From NCBI RefSeq assembly GCF_006345805.1, contig NC_043004.1, positions 15,066,001 through 15,130,000 on the forward strand: a stretch of DNA of 64,000 nt, given 5' to 3'. Each line of letters opens with the position of its first letter. Position 1 is the first letter of the stretch. A program made the position numbers and the translations under genes. Shown here piece after piece: positions 41,253 through 55,325 of this stretch. The notes beneath the pieces are model-generated. The model searched no databases and was not told where the DNA came from. It saw only the letters and a list, made by a program, of their open reading frames with translations. Source of the DNA: Octopus sinensis. Taxonomy: Eukaryota.

Positions 41253-43749
41253 GATGTGTTACCGCTACTGTATATAACTCACTTTGATATTTATCATTGT
41301 TTGATTTCACTTTTTCAATATCAGCGACAGTGGGCGCTGGAAAAAGTATATGTATGTGTATGTGTGTATGTATGTATGTATACATATATAGAAATATATA
41401 TACAGACGTGCATGCACGAAATCAAGCAGATATATATCTGATAAGAGGAACAAACACACACCCACACATATATATATGTGTGTGCGTCTATACAAACATA
41501 TATGTGAGTATGTATACAACCTTCAACAAAGTAACAGTCATGTACACAACTTGGACGGACACATACCAGTACACGGACATACGTTCACATACATATACAC
41601 ATGTATACACTCCCACAGACGCGTCTGCCCATTCTCCTAGACACTCACATACCTACGTAGCACACGAGTACAAACATACATACATACCTACGTATGGGCA
41701 TACACACGTACATACGCACGTACATGTACGCACACACATACATGGGCACAAGTATACGTGCGCGTATACATACATACGCACATGCGTACGTATGTACATA
41801 CACTCATACATACATACATACATACACTCATACATACATACATACATACATACATACACACATACATATGTATATATATATGACCTGAACTAACTAGATG
41901 TTGGGAGGGGAAAAAACAAAAAAAAAACAAGTAATAGTAAAACAATAATTCTGTGATATAGAGATACATGTCTGATAATACGTTTTAGGGTTTTGTTTGG
42001 GGGTGAGGGTCGTAAATCATTTCCTAGTTTCGGCGGGGGAAGTTGAAATTTGATATTATTGTGATGAGTAGTCAGTCTACATCTATCCATCACTACAGGT
42101 TTATAACTTTATGTTTATAGTGTGTATGTGCGTGCATATACACACACATACATATATACATACATACATACATACATACATAAATACGTACATACACAGG
42201 TGTATGTACGTACATTACATACATACATACATACATCATACATGCGTTTATACATACATACACACATACATACGTACATATATATGACGAACTAACTGTT
42301 ACTTTCTCAGAAGCAGCACGGATTTTTGTCAGTGAACAGGTCGCGGATTTTAGCGACGAAACTATTTTGACAAATTAAACTTAAATGTTGAAGTGAATCG
42401 AACGGCTTTTGTGTGTTTCTTAAATGGCTTACAAACACCTTCCAAGGTGCAATTGTATATATATATATATTCAGTGACCAATCCACGAAGAGATTATACA
42501 TAAATATATACATACATGTATGTATGTATGTATGTCTAATCTGTATGTGGATTGGTCTTTTCATATAGTGAAACGCATGGTTTGCTTCTCGCCCTCGGAA
42601 AAAAACAGCAGTATAAGAGGAAAATATGTCTTTTAAAATATTAACTATTTTTTATCGACTCTTTTTTTAAGACAATTTGCAGAATGTTGAAACCCGCTTA
42701 ATTTTTGTTCCTTGTTATGCCGCTCCGACGACAAATATATCAGGAATTTTATTTTATTTCACTTATTATAAACATGTCTAACGAACATTCTATATGCAGA
42801 TTTCTGAACATTGTTTTATGAAGAAGAGAGTGTATTACCTTTCATTGCAAGTTCACCTCCAGAGATAAGCAACCCGGATGACATCATTCCTGTACCTACC
42901 GCTGCTTCAGTCAACGAAGCTAAAAAATTGACTGGACGTAGAGTAGAATAACCGTATTCTCTGCATTATATATGTGCATGTGTGTGAAAATATCTGCAGA
43001 GTATTAGTCAACACGGTAGCATAGATACATAAAGGCCTATACGAACCCATATACGCTTCGTTATTTATATGCAAACACGAATGTATCCACACACTTATAC
43101 AAACAAATATGTGTGTGTGTGTGAGTATACATATATACGAGTGTTTGTATTCCCCTCTGTCTCATTTGTGTCTGGCCGTACGAGTACGTGTGTGTGTGTG
43201 TGTGTCGGTGTGGGTGCATGTACCTGTTTTTACTACTCTGAATTGAAACCAGAAATAGTCATATAATTTTTACATTTGAATTATTACACTCGTCTAGCTA
43301 TGAATTTGGAAATGTGTAGTTTTGTTATTTATGATTATGAAAAAAAAAAAAAGATTTCGTTGTAACAAATATCTAGTATTTTGGTCAAAACAACCGCATT
43401 CTACTGGAACAATCTTTGATGTTTATTATGATGCTGTTTTGAAAATACTTTGGCACGTGTTCAGTCGCTAGACAGCTGTAATCTACCGTGTCAAATTGTC
43501 AAGATTAAAACATCAGCCAAAATACTACATGTCACAGTTGACTTTAGCAGCAGAATAAGAACTATAAAAACTCTCAAACGTGATTTGTTATAAATATATA
43601 TATATTATATGTTTATATATTTATACTGTAAAATATCGTAACAAAGCACTGTCTGGTATATACTTGCTCTCAACCTCTTAGAAACAACTATATTAATAAG
43701 GATATTATCAGTTTGTTTTCGTATTGTAAATAATGCGAAAATATCATAC

Positions 43750-43818
43750 CCTCCTCCACCTCCTCCTCCTCCTCCTCCTACTATTACTACTACTGCTACT
43801 ACTACCATCACCACCACC

Positions 43819-43874
<56 letters not shown>

Positions 43875-43906
43875 CACCACCACCACTACCACCACCACTA
43901 CTATTT

Positions 43907-43972
<66 letters not shown>

Positions 43973-44030
43973 TTACTACTACTACTAATAATAATAATAA
44001 TAATAGTAATAACAATAGTAATAATAATAA
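43750..44030. repeat. Compound triplet repeat (CTC/CAC/TAC/TAA)
   Basis: Direct reading; it explains the poly-V/L/S ORFs. Confidence 0.97.
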
Positions 44031-44977
44031 TGGTTTCAAATTTTTCCACAAGGGCAGCGATTTGAGGGGAGGGCATGAGTCACATCGACCTCAGTGTTCA
44101 ACTGGTATTTACTTTATCGACTCCTAAAGGATGAAAGTTAAAGTCGATCTCGGCAGAAAGCAAAAATAATAACGCTTTCTATTATAGGCACAACGCCTGA
44201 AATTTAGGCGAGTGGTAAGTCGGTTAGATCGATCCCAGTACTCAACTGCTACTTAATTTATCGACCCCGAACGGCTGAAAGGCAAAGTCGACCTCGGTGG
44301 AATTTGAACTCAGGTCGTAGCGACGGGCGAAATACTGCTAAGCATTTCGTCCAGCGTGCTAACGATTCTGCCAGCTCGCCGCCTCGGAAAGCAATAATAA
44401 TAATAACAACAATAGACAGTACTACGCACATACTCCGTAAAGTACTTTCTGTTTGAGGTCCTTGTGAGTTGACAGTCAGTAAAAACCTCCGGTGCATATA
44501 ATATCTTCAATCTCCAACATCATAGTATTGGATACTGCTTTATGTCTTCAATAATAATAATAATGCTTTCTACAAGGCCTAAGGGATTACATCGACACGA
44601 GTGTTCAACTGGTACTTAATTTATCGACCCCCATAAAGAAGAAAGTCAAAGTCAGCGACGGTGGAATTCGAACTCAGACGGACGAAATAATGCCAAGCAT
44701 TTCGCCCGGCGTGATAACGATTCTACCAGCTCACCGCCTTTCAGTAATAATAGTAATAATTTTTTTCTACTCTAGGCAAAAGGCCCGATTTTTTGGGGGA
44801 GGGGTCCAGTCGATTAGATCGACCCCAGTACGTAACTGGTATTTAATTTATCGACCCCGAAAGGATGAAATGGAAAGTCGATCTGAGCGGAATTTGAGCT
44901 CAGAACGTAAAGACAAACGAAATAACGCTAAGCATTTCGCCCGGCATGCTAACATTTCTGCCAGGTCACCACCCATC

Positions 44978-45030
<53 letters not shown>

Positions 45031-46205
45031 TAATAATAATAATAATTCTTTCCAATTTTGCCACTGAGGCAGTAGTTTTTTTAGGGAGAGGGTAGCCGAT
45101 AAAATCGACCCGGTAATCATTTTATTGACTCCGAAATGATGACATGCAAAGATGACCATGGCAGAATTTGAGCTAATAACAACGAATTAATAACAATGAA
45201 TTAATAACAATAATAAATGTTTCTAATTCAAGAGATAGTCCGTCAGATAAAATAATGTATATGAGCGAAACTTCACTGACCCCGAATGACTACAAACCAA
45301 ATTCTACCCTCAGAATATAAATGTTTCTTCCTGTCGCTTAAACAATTTTGTTAATTCGCGGGCTTATTTGTTTCTAAGTTTAGCAGAAGGCGATCACTTT
45401 TGAGGAAAGAGGATTATTCCACATCAATGACGCCATTGCGTTACTTTATCCACGCCAAGAGGACGAAATACAAGGTTTACTTCTGAAGAACTCGAATTGG
45501 GAACTAAAGCGCAGGAGGAAATCTGCAAAGCAAATTGTCCGACCAACCAAATTTTTTCAGATCGGCCATTATAGTAGTAGTAGTAGTAGTAGTAATGATA
45601 ATAACAATAGCATTAGTAACAATAATGGTTTCAAATGTTAGTTCCAAGGCCAGGAAGGTCGGGGGTGGGAATTAAATCGATTACATCAACTCGAGTGTTC
45701 AACTGATAGCTATGGTATCGACTACGAAAGGATGGAAGGTAAAGTTGATCACTGCGGCATTTGAACTCAGCGTGTAAAGTCGGAAAAAATGTCGACTGCT
45801 TTAAAATTAGTAATAAGTTTCTAATTTAACCACCGAACTAGAAATGTTAAAGGAGGGGTTCACGCAAGGCAATCGACCACACTTCACTTCATGACTAGTA
45901 CTTTATTTGATCGACCCTAGTGAAAGATGAAATCAAAGAGCTGTAACGAACACCTCGAGGCATTTTCCCGGTGTTTTACGATTCTAACTGTTCGCCAGAT
46001 TACGAGTTCTACACGCATAAGGTCAAGAATTTTGGCGGGAAGCGGTATTTGATAAAGTTGTCTGAAGTGCTTGAAGGATGTTGTTGACTCAGAAAAGATG
46101 GAGGCAAAAACGACATCGGTGGTATTCGAACAAAGAACGTAAACGGCCAGAAGTAATTGTCATAAGGCATATTTTCCGACGCTTTAGCGATTCTTTAAAC
46201 ACGCC
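44030..46205 (-). mobile_element. Cluster of about 8 co-oriented SINE family B copies separated by (AAT)n
   Basis: Copies at approximately 44030-44160, 44175-44382, 44565-44740, 44760-44975, 45050-45180, 45625-45800, 45820-45990 and 46010-46205, with variable divergence. Confidence 0.85.
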
Positions 46206-46289
46206 ACAATAATAATAATGATATTGGAGATTCTGATGAGTATGATGATGATGAGGATTATTATTATTATTATATTCATCATCATCATC

Positions 46290-46805
46290 ATTATAGATTG
46301 GGAGAGCAGTGTATGCCATCAAAGTGACCCCAGGGTAAAGTATACGAAGCCCAGTATTCCCATCATGACTACCCGTCTGATAAGGGTACACCAGGCACAT
46401 GCATCACAAACATATGTGTACGACATGGTGATCTGATATCAAGATAAACAGTGTATGACCTTGCAGGTGGGGCCCAGTTAGAATTTTCTTCAGGTCGAGT
46501 AGCCTATCCCAGTCAAAAGATCCTCAAATAAGTGTTGCTTAAAGATGTTGAACAAAACATTTATCTTTCCGGAGTCGAATTATCCAAACTGCAAAGAGTT
46601 CCTTTCAACACATGACTATGAAGCCCCCCCACTACTTCTGATCGTGGTCAAATATGCACATATCGCCATCCACCACGGGACATGCTCAACAGGTTAAGGT
46701 CAAACAACTAACAAGCAAATGTGTGGTATTGAGCAGAATATTTGATGTAGCACATCGTTTATACCAAGACAAAACAATGTACATGTCAACACTTCAAATC
46801 AGTTA
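46290..46805. mobile_element. Interspersed repeat of about 500 bp, class unresolved
   Basis: A GC-richer block bounded by (ATT/ATC)n on both sides, single copy here. From memory it resembles an abundant octopus repeat; not verified. Confidence 0.5.
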
Positions 46806-46821
46806 TTTATTTATTTATTAA

Positions 46822-46860
<39 letters not shown>

Positions 46861-46959
46861 GATTTCTAACAGTATATCTGACCACCGTAATTTTTGTTTG
46901 TTTTTCCCAGTTGGCTTTCTAATTTCTATGGTGCTTATTACATCTCATTGTTTCAACAG

Positions 46960-47017
46960 CTGGAAGGAGATTCTTGACTGAAATGCTACCCATTGCTGAC
47001 CATCTTTGTTGCTTTAG
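46960..47017 (+). CDS. Candidate 58-nt exon (xGRRFLTEMLPIADHLCCF)
   Basis: Acceptor ctcattgtttcaacag and donor TAG|gtaggt; only one frame is open. Confidence 0.25.
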
Positions 47018-48544
47018 GTAGGTTCCGATAATGTGATTTGAAATGGCGGAAAAGACTGTTAAACATTCGATTAGTTTGCTATCATACCACACAATTAAAA
47101 TCGATCGTTAGTTACAGTATGGCAAATAGCTTTAGCAGCCGTCCCAAGACTGAAGCTGATTGCCTTTGATTTGAAGTAATATTACAATCTATGAACCGAG
47201 GAGTCTCTATCATATTTATAAAGTTATGCTGTGTTTACACTTTGCTGGTTATCACAAACAAAACGGAAGATAAATTATGGGACTAGATTTCAGTTAGCGT
47301 TACACATATTTAAGACTGGATTTACAATTTTAATCATAATGTGCTATGGAAGTTCATTTGAAAGAGAAATTAAATCTGAGAATATTATTTAGTCAACCGT
47401 ACAAATTGAACGCTGATCGAACTGAAAAAAAAATGCTTTTTTTCTATTTTTTTCGCAAGTATTTCGATTTATTAAAGAATATTTCATTTGCATAATTACC
47501 GAACCGTGCCTGTTTCCAATTACATCGTATTATAGAAAGCGATGAAGATCGATAAATTTAATATCAAGTGCTAAGCCCCATATAACTGCCACAACTTAAT
47601 TCTCTAAATTGTTTTCCCGTCACATACAGATAATAAGTTTGAATTGTTTAAATCTTTGTATGAGTACTCTACGTGATAATGCTAAATGATTACTACATAT
47701 TTAAAGAAACCGCTATAACAGCGAAGAAAGTATGGTGAATGCAAAATCATTGGTCGAACTTAGATTGACAAATGTCGATGCTTAACGACATGAAACATAT
47801 TTGAATAATTATAACTAATTCTTGTATTTACATTAGCCAAAGAGATTTAATTGTATATAATGTACCCTGTGTAGCCTTTAGCGTTTAACTAAGGTTATTT
47901 AGAAAAATCAAAATCAATTCCTTGCTTCAGATACAAACGACACAAATTAGTGTGATAGTAGTCGTGAAATAAGGTTTTGATAACATTATTTTGTTACACG
48001 TTTATACAAAATATGGAATCATTAAAGCTGAGCGAATACACGAACACTTTAAAGGGCAATGATTAATATTTGGTTAAAAAATAATTATAAAAATAGTCTG
48101 TTAATGTAATTTGCATGTAATTTATTTGGGAAAATGGTACTAAAATTACCTTGAATAATTTCTATTGTTTCATCTTTTGAACACATTACCAAACATTACT
48201 TTTCAAAGAAAATTAACTCATTCACTTCTTAAAGCAGCTACACGGTGCCCATAGAATTTCAGGGCCTATGAACAGAGAGAGAGAGAGAGAGAGAGTAATT
48301 ATGTAGCTGACTTGAATGTGAATGCGGTAATTATTTTGATTGCCGTCATATTTTGTTTAGAAATATTTTGTTTAGAATGTTCTTATTTAGCGCAGGTCAA
48401 CTTTGTTTCATTGGTGCAGAGATATGAAGATCAAAAACATTGCTGTTCGGAGTTAGTTTACTCAGGACTACATTTTGTAACACGTCCTTTGAATTCTTAA
48501 CGTCAGGGAGATAGCTGAAATTTGGCTGATGATTCTAGCAGCTC

Positions 48545-48614
48545 GAGCAACTTCGAATAAGTTGTTTCGAAGAGAATGATCATTCTCTTCGAAACAACTT
48601 ATTCATAGTTGCTC
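48545..48614. other. Spacer-less palindrome (50 bp perfect, 70 bp with 2 mismatches)
   Basis: gaataagttgtttcgaagagaatga|tcattctcttcgaaacaacttattc, flanked by gagcaact / agttgctc. Confidence 0.95.
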
Positions 48615-49004
48615 AATGAAAGAGATATATTACGTTACGGAGGATTGGCATTTAATTACACATATTAAAGAACAAAATGACAAGCTCACAGGAAAGGATC
48701 ATATGACAGATTATTCAAGCCGAGCCAATGTGTAACAGGCCTAGGAATAGACAACGGGCAAATAATTCGATGATATCCATAGTCACGCTTCGGAATCTAG
48801 TCCGAAACAGTATGATGAAAGTTTCTGATAGGAACCTATAATAAGATGTATGAGGATCCAACGTCCATGAATCTCCCAGGATTAGTGGGCGGCGAAAGAG
48901 GATGGAAAAGCGATGGAAAGATTGATGTCAATGTAGTATTTATGTTGTGTGAGATCACAACAGTTTCTTAATAGCAATTATCATAATGAGTATATATATA
49001 TATG

Positions 49005-49409
49005 CCCTTTGTTTCTTTCAGTCATTATACTGCGGCCATGCTGACGCACTGCCTAGGAGAGCTTTAATCAAAAGAATCGACCGCAGTCCTTTTTTTTCAT
49101 TTTAAGCCTGGTAACTGTTCTCTCGATCTCTTTTACCAGCTGTTAAGTTCCGGGGAAGTAAACACCAGCACTAGTTGTCAAGCGGTGGTGTGACAAAGGG
49201 AGATAAAAAACATTCACACAATATATATATATATATATATATATATACAGCAGGCTTCTTTTAATTTCTGTCCACCAAATCTACTCACAAGGATTTGGTC
49301 GACCTGAGGCTACAGTGGAAAATATTTGCCCAACGTGCCACGCAGTGGGACTGAACTAGGATCCATGTGGCTTGGAGCAAGCTCTTAACACATACTAACG
49401 GCTGCGCCT
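49005..49409 (-). mobile_element. SINE family A
   Basis: Colinear with the other A copies, more diverged. Confidence 0.88.
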
Positions 49410-49441
49410 ATATATATTTATGTATATAAATGCATGTCCAT

Positions 49442-49522
<81 letters not shown>

Positions 49523-50260
49523 AATCTATCTTTCTATCTATCTCCCTAAACACACACACACTCACACACATATTTATATATATTCTTCGGTAGTATTTAT
49601 GAAATATCTGCCTACGCATGTCCAAGTATATGCAATACGTACATGCACACGCGCGCGCACGCATGTATGTATGTGCATATATATGGATATATGTAGGCAA
49701 GTATTTCATAAATATTACTGAAGATTCAATGTTTCCACGGATCATTAGAGTATGTTATTTCCATATTGGAGCACATTACGGCTTTGAAATGCTATTCTTA
49801 ATATCCAGGTTGTTAATCTAATCTAATCAAAATTATTTCTCGAATAAATACTGATGGCTTTTAATCACAGCTGCTGCGTTTTGCCTGAAGTAATAGACTA
49901 AACAACACAATTAATAATGTCAGATATTTAATGAGTGTTGTCCAAAAGGAATTAGAAGCAGACAAACAGATTCTTGCTTGACTTGTTTAGGGTCACTTGG
50001 TACGGACATGAATAAAACCATTGATTACAAGAGATTTTCAAAGACGACATGTAGAGTAGAAAATTTCAAGTAACAAAGAAACGTGATGTTACAATCACAT
50101 TGGCTCACTTATTTATACTCACATCACATACTTACAAGAATGTGTGTGTGAGCCCGCGGTCCTTGTTTGTTTTTCTATATTTATTTAGCGTGACAGTTTG
50201 TTTACCGGCTTCAGACATATAATTGTTACTACTTTCACAGTTTCAGTTGATCATAGTGCC

Positions 50261-50417
50261 ATGATACTTATGTGTAAGTCTACTGCCCTCTGCATAATAA
50301 GTACACGAGTTTTCACAGTCTCTCACGAAGAATACTATTTCATTTTGACACGCAATGTATATATGAGTTGCCTAATAGTGGTTTTATCTCTAATTTAATT
50401 TATATATAAATATAAAT

Positions 50418-50467
<50 letters not shown>

Positions 50468-51003
50468 TATATATATATATATATATATATGCATATATGT
50501 ATATATATATATATATATTATATATATATATATATATATACATATATATACATATAAATATATATAATTATATATGTATATATATGCATATGTACATAGA
50601 TATATATATATATACATATATGAATCGCATTTCTCTCTCTCTCTTTCTATCTCTCCACCTTTATCTCTCTCTTTCTCTCTCCCTATATATAACGTTCTAC
50701 CCTGATTATAGGTATACTACAAACCAGTTGTTAGGACTCAAAATTCAAGTATTTAAGGATAAAGCGTTAACCAATTTCAGAACAGGGTAGGGTAGTAGGA
50801 ATGACGCAGTCGATATCATTAGCTCACGGCTGTTTCTGTGATAGAAAGTAGTGCACGCAGGACTGAGTGCATGTTTAATAATTCAGACCTTTATGAAAAC
50901 ATAAGCGTGCAACATCTTATACAATAAACAGGTGTACGCTAAAAATGTTGATTACGCAATTCCTGTTGCCTTTTAATTTAATTATTCATATATACATACG
51001 CTC

Positions 51004-51075
<72 letters not shown>

Positions 51076-51843
51076 CACATACCTACACACACACGAATCG
51101 AAATATTCAAGATTTAGTTAATTTCTTAATACGATGTGATAATGTCCATCTCTGTACAGAAATATTTGGGCATAAATATCAAATGTACAAATATTAAGTA
51201 ACCTGTATGGATGGAGTTTGACACAAATATAATTTGGCTGATATGAATGAGCAATGAACCCCTTTTCAGTAACGATCATAGAAGACAATATCAATCTGTA
51301 ACACCAAGACGCAGTCATAATATTAAACTGGCAAACAGTGCACACGCTTACATTGCGGTGATTCAATCATACCGACACGTAGTTCTGATTAACTATGGGA
51401 AAGCATTCATCTCGCCATCTCTTCATATAAGTCCATAGGAAAGATGTCTCATGACATAAAGCAGTGATTGCTTTGAATTACATATAGCTTTCATAATACA
51501 TACACGCATATGTATATACATATGTGTGTGTGTGAGCGTATATGTGCGTGTGGTTATTTATTTGTGTATGAAATTACACATAACCAGACACACATACACA
51601 GAGACACATACACACACGCATACGCGCACATACATATACACACCAACATATCTTTCTTTTATTCTTTTACTCTTTTATTTGTTTCAGTCATTTGACTGTG
51701 ACCATGCTAGAGCGCAGCCTTTAGTCGAGCAAATTGACCCCAGGACTTATTCTTTGTAAGCCTAGTATCGGTCTGTTTTGCCGCACCACTAATTTATGGA
51801 GACGTAAACACACAAGCATTGGTTGTCAAACGATGTTGACACA

Positions 51844-51886
<43 letters not shown>

Positions 51887-52607
51887 GCGACGGGCTTCTT
51901 TCAGTTTCTGTCTACCAAATCCACTCACAAGGCTTTGGTCGGCACGCATGTGACTGAACCCGGAACCATGTGGTTCGTAAGCAAGCTACTTACCTCCTAC
52001 ACCTATATTTTACGCTTATATATATATATTTATATATTTATATATATATAATTGTGAGTCACACATGCATTTATTCATTACACTTTTATTTCTTATTTCT
52101 CTAGGAGTGCGTATGTGTGTGTGTGACTTCACACACTGGGAGAGTGGACTTTAAATGTAACCAGATGTTCGATTGAAAGACATGCTTGTATTATTTTTCT
52201 GAAGAAATAAATATCAAAATATTTAACTAAAGGTATTTTACAGGCTATCTTAAGTTAGTACTATGTGTAGCTATGTTTCTGCATTTCTGTAAGTAAATAC
52301 ACATACATACACACATTCGTATGTAAATGTGTATTTGTTTTTTTATGAAAAGACCAGACGCATTTATGACTTAAAAAGATGTTTTACCCTTATAAATGCT
52401 TATATTTCAGCTATTTCTCGTCCGGCTAGGAGTAGCAGCAAAAATTCATCGAAATTTTACCCAACTCTCTTAAAGTACACATTGGAAAAGATGGTGCAAG
52501 TAATACAAACGAATTGTTTCAACGTATTTCATTACTATACTCACCAGCGCTTTCTTGAAATTAAAGAGATACAACCTCAGTTTAATTTACAACTCCATTA
52601 CGACTGA
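50261..52607 (+). CDS. Candidate secreted peptide precursor: exons 50247-50273 (ATG 50261), 52244-52288, 52411-52499 or to stop 52607
   Basis: Canonical gtaagt donors and strong acceptors. The phases join to give [49 protein letters not shown], with a signal-peptide-like N-terminus. Confidence 0.4.
51660..52007 (-). mobile_element. SINE family A with an internal deletion
   Basis: Tail and head match family A; the CORE-like part is deleted. Confidence 0.88.
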
Positions 52608-52873
52608 AGCGTAATTCCGTCCTTCGGCAAAATGCCAATAAGCAATAGATGTTTATACATTTACCTCATTATTGACGAGGAACATGTTGCATAGTGTCAT
52701 TGTATTGTGGTGTGCTTGTTTTCATCTCAATAGTTGCCCTGCGAATTTATTCTTTTGTGCAGGCTGGATCAATTTTTCACACACACAAAATAAATAAATA
52801 ACACATACCAAATACATTGAAGTGAGAGTATGTGTATGTAAGCACGTCTCTCTCTCTCTGTATATATATGTGT

Positions 52874-52951
<78 letters not shown>

Positions 52952-52984
52952 AGAGAAAGAGGGAGGATTGGATGTCATCTTTCT

Positions 52985-53230
52985 CGTGCCTAGTTTACAT
53001 TACTCCGAATCGTGCAAAGGGTCGGTTTCCCGGATTCTCCGGCGTATATCCCACTGGGCAGGACGCATGCCAGTCCCAGACTTTCTTATTTTTAGCAGCT
53101 GTGTGAACTGGAGCAGTATGAAATGAGGTGCTTTGCTCAAGAACACAACGCATCGCTCGGTCGAAGAAACGAAACCACAACCTTGCGATCATGCGTCCAG
53201 TGGTCTAACCACTTAACCATGCGCCTCTAC
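52985..53230 (-). mobile_element. SINE family E (tRNA-like head, CORE-like block)
   Basis: The minus strand reads gaggcgcatggttaagtggttagacc..gtggtttcgtttc..tgtgttcttgagcaaagcac. Confidence 0.78.
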
Positions 53231-55072
53231 TCACACGTTTATACACACACACATGCCACACAAGCATTTTTTTCATAACATAATTAAACAATATAATGGA
53301 TTCATAGCAACTGCATATCCAAAAGAACTATTTCATATGTGACAAAAATCTTTCATTCATTATCTCCATTATTTTAATCACCTTTTACTATTGCTAACTA
53401 AATGACAGTAAAGTAATTGTTATCATATTTAATTAAATGTTGAAATGTTAATGAATTAAAATCATATCATGTTTGATGTGTATGATATAATTCTCATTAA
53501 TTCTGGCCTAGCAAAAGAAATTAAAACTAACATAAAATTCAGTTGAGAGCAAATTTGAAACTTAATAGTAGGGAAACAAGACAGGATCCATTTCGGAGTC
53601 ATAAGACCTCATCAGTAAGACAATCATATTGTTACAGTAGATATGAAAATGTCTGGAGAAATATGTAGGTCAGCCATGAATTATGCGTGGCGTGATACTT
53701 AATAAATGAATAAGTGTGAAAATTCAGAGACATATGTTACATGAAAAATAATTAATAAATTATAGTGATAGTGATTGCAGGCTTGAGAAAATGAACCGTA
53801 GCATTAATTAACTATAACTAATTACAATATATTACATTACCTTAGTAATAACATAGAATCATCATCTTACTGATTAAGTATCTAGAAATATCGCATTGAA
53901 AATATCCCGGAGTTGTTTCTACTTATTCAGTTTAGAACATTTTAATATTTGAATTTTCTTTCTACTCCTTCTAAGGAAATGTATGTTTACCTGATAAATT
54001 TTAAATTCAATAATAGACAGGTGGAAATTAACTGAAGTCATTCCCAAGGTTTTTAGCACAATTGAATCCAATGGGAAAATCTAGAGTTGAAATTGTATTA
54101 ACAGTAATAATATAAAATACATTAGTTTGTCTAACTGCCTAAAAGGCTCCTGTTTATATTACCAATGAAATATCTTGAATTTTTTCTATGTTGCCCTTTA
54201 TTAAATTGGAAATTGCATATTAATGCCTAGTTGACTGTGAAGTTGACTATATTCATTTCTTTCTTTCTTTCTAACAGCTATTTTGTTTACATTTTCCAAT
54301 TAGAATGAAGTGAATAATAATATATTAATAACACAGGATGGCATGCTTCAAACTTTCGTGAATTAACCATTCTGTTGAAATTTTCAGCAAATTCTATATG
54401 ATAAATTTTTTAAAAAATGCTTTACTCGGGATATTGACAGATAACCTTTCAATAAAGAAATCTTATTTAATATTTGTCATTTCAATGTATATAAAATAGA
54501 AAGACCCAATAGCGACGTTCCGTATTAGAAAGGTTTGTTTAGTTTTCCTTGAGTAAATTTAATTTAAAAGCAGCAATTGAAATATCCTCAATAGGGAAAT
54601 GCGTTTAAATACTGTAAACAAACTGTCAGCTAAAAATGAAGCAGTAATTATAAATATATATTATTGAAACTGATGCAATAAATGGGATGTTACGTTTAAA
54701 ATAAATAGCTCAGGAGGTAAATTTGTATTAAGTATTAATAAATATTTTCGACAAAGCGGCACGCGTCATATTTAACGGATTTAAGAATAAATCTGTGAAA
54801 TATCTGGCATTTAATATATAATTAGCCTTGAAAACATTTAGAAAAAATGTCAGAACTGACAATTGTATGATACCAGAGAAAAAATGAAATGTATACAAAA
54901 ATTGTTCAAAATATTTTTTTATTATGTACTACGTAGCTGGTAAGTAATTCTACGTTCGTAGACTCATCACTTATTGCATAGTAAGCATTGTGAATTTCAT
55001 GCACACACACACATATATACATATAAATTTCTGTAATATCTATCTATCTATCTCTTTCTCTCTCTCTCTCTC

Positions 55073-55140
<68 letters not shown>

Positions 55141-55144
<4 letters not shown>

Positions 55145-55325
55145 TTTCTTTATTGGTCACACAGGGCTGAACACAGATGGGACAAGTTACAAGGTAGAGC
55201 TTTAGAGCTTTTCTTTTGGGGGATGAAAAAGAAAAAAACAAAAAAAAACAAAAGAAACAAAAAAAGGGGTGGCGTAGGTTTTCGATCAAGAGGGATCGTA
55301 AAAGGGAAGAAAAGAACAAAAAAAA
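55141..55325 (-). mobile_element. LINE-like 3' end sharing the SINE-B1 tail
   Basis: The minus strand has a T-rich UTR followed by ttgtcccatctgtgttcagccctgtgtgaccaataaagaaac(ta)n, compared with B1 ttgtcccctctgtgtttagccccttgtgggtaataaagaaata. Confidence 0.6.

Noticed and set aside
43605-44076. Poly-V, poly-L and poly-S/G ORFs
   Set aside because: They are translations of a compound triplet repeat.
48312-48500. Hydrophobic ORF resembling a signal peptide
   Set aside because: There is no in-frame ATG, and part of it comes from a 15-bp direct repeat.
54937-54939. Possible 3-nt microexon (tag|CTG|gtaagt)
   Set aside because: A pattern this short is expected by chance and cannot be supported without junction reads.
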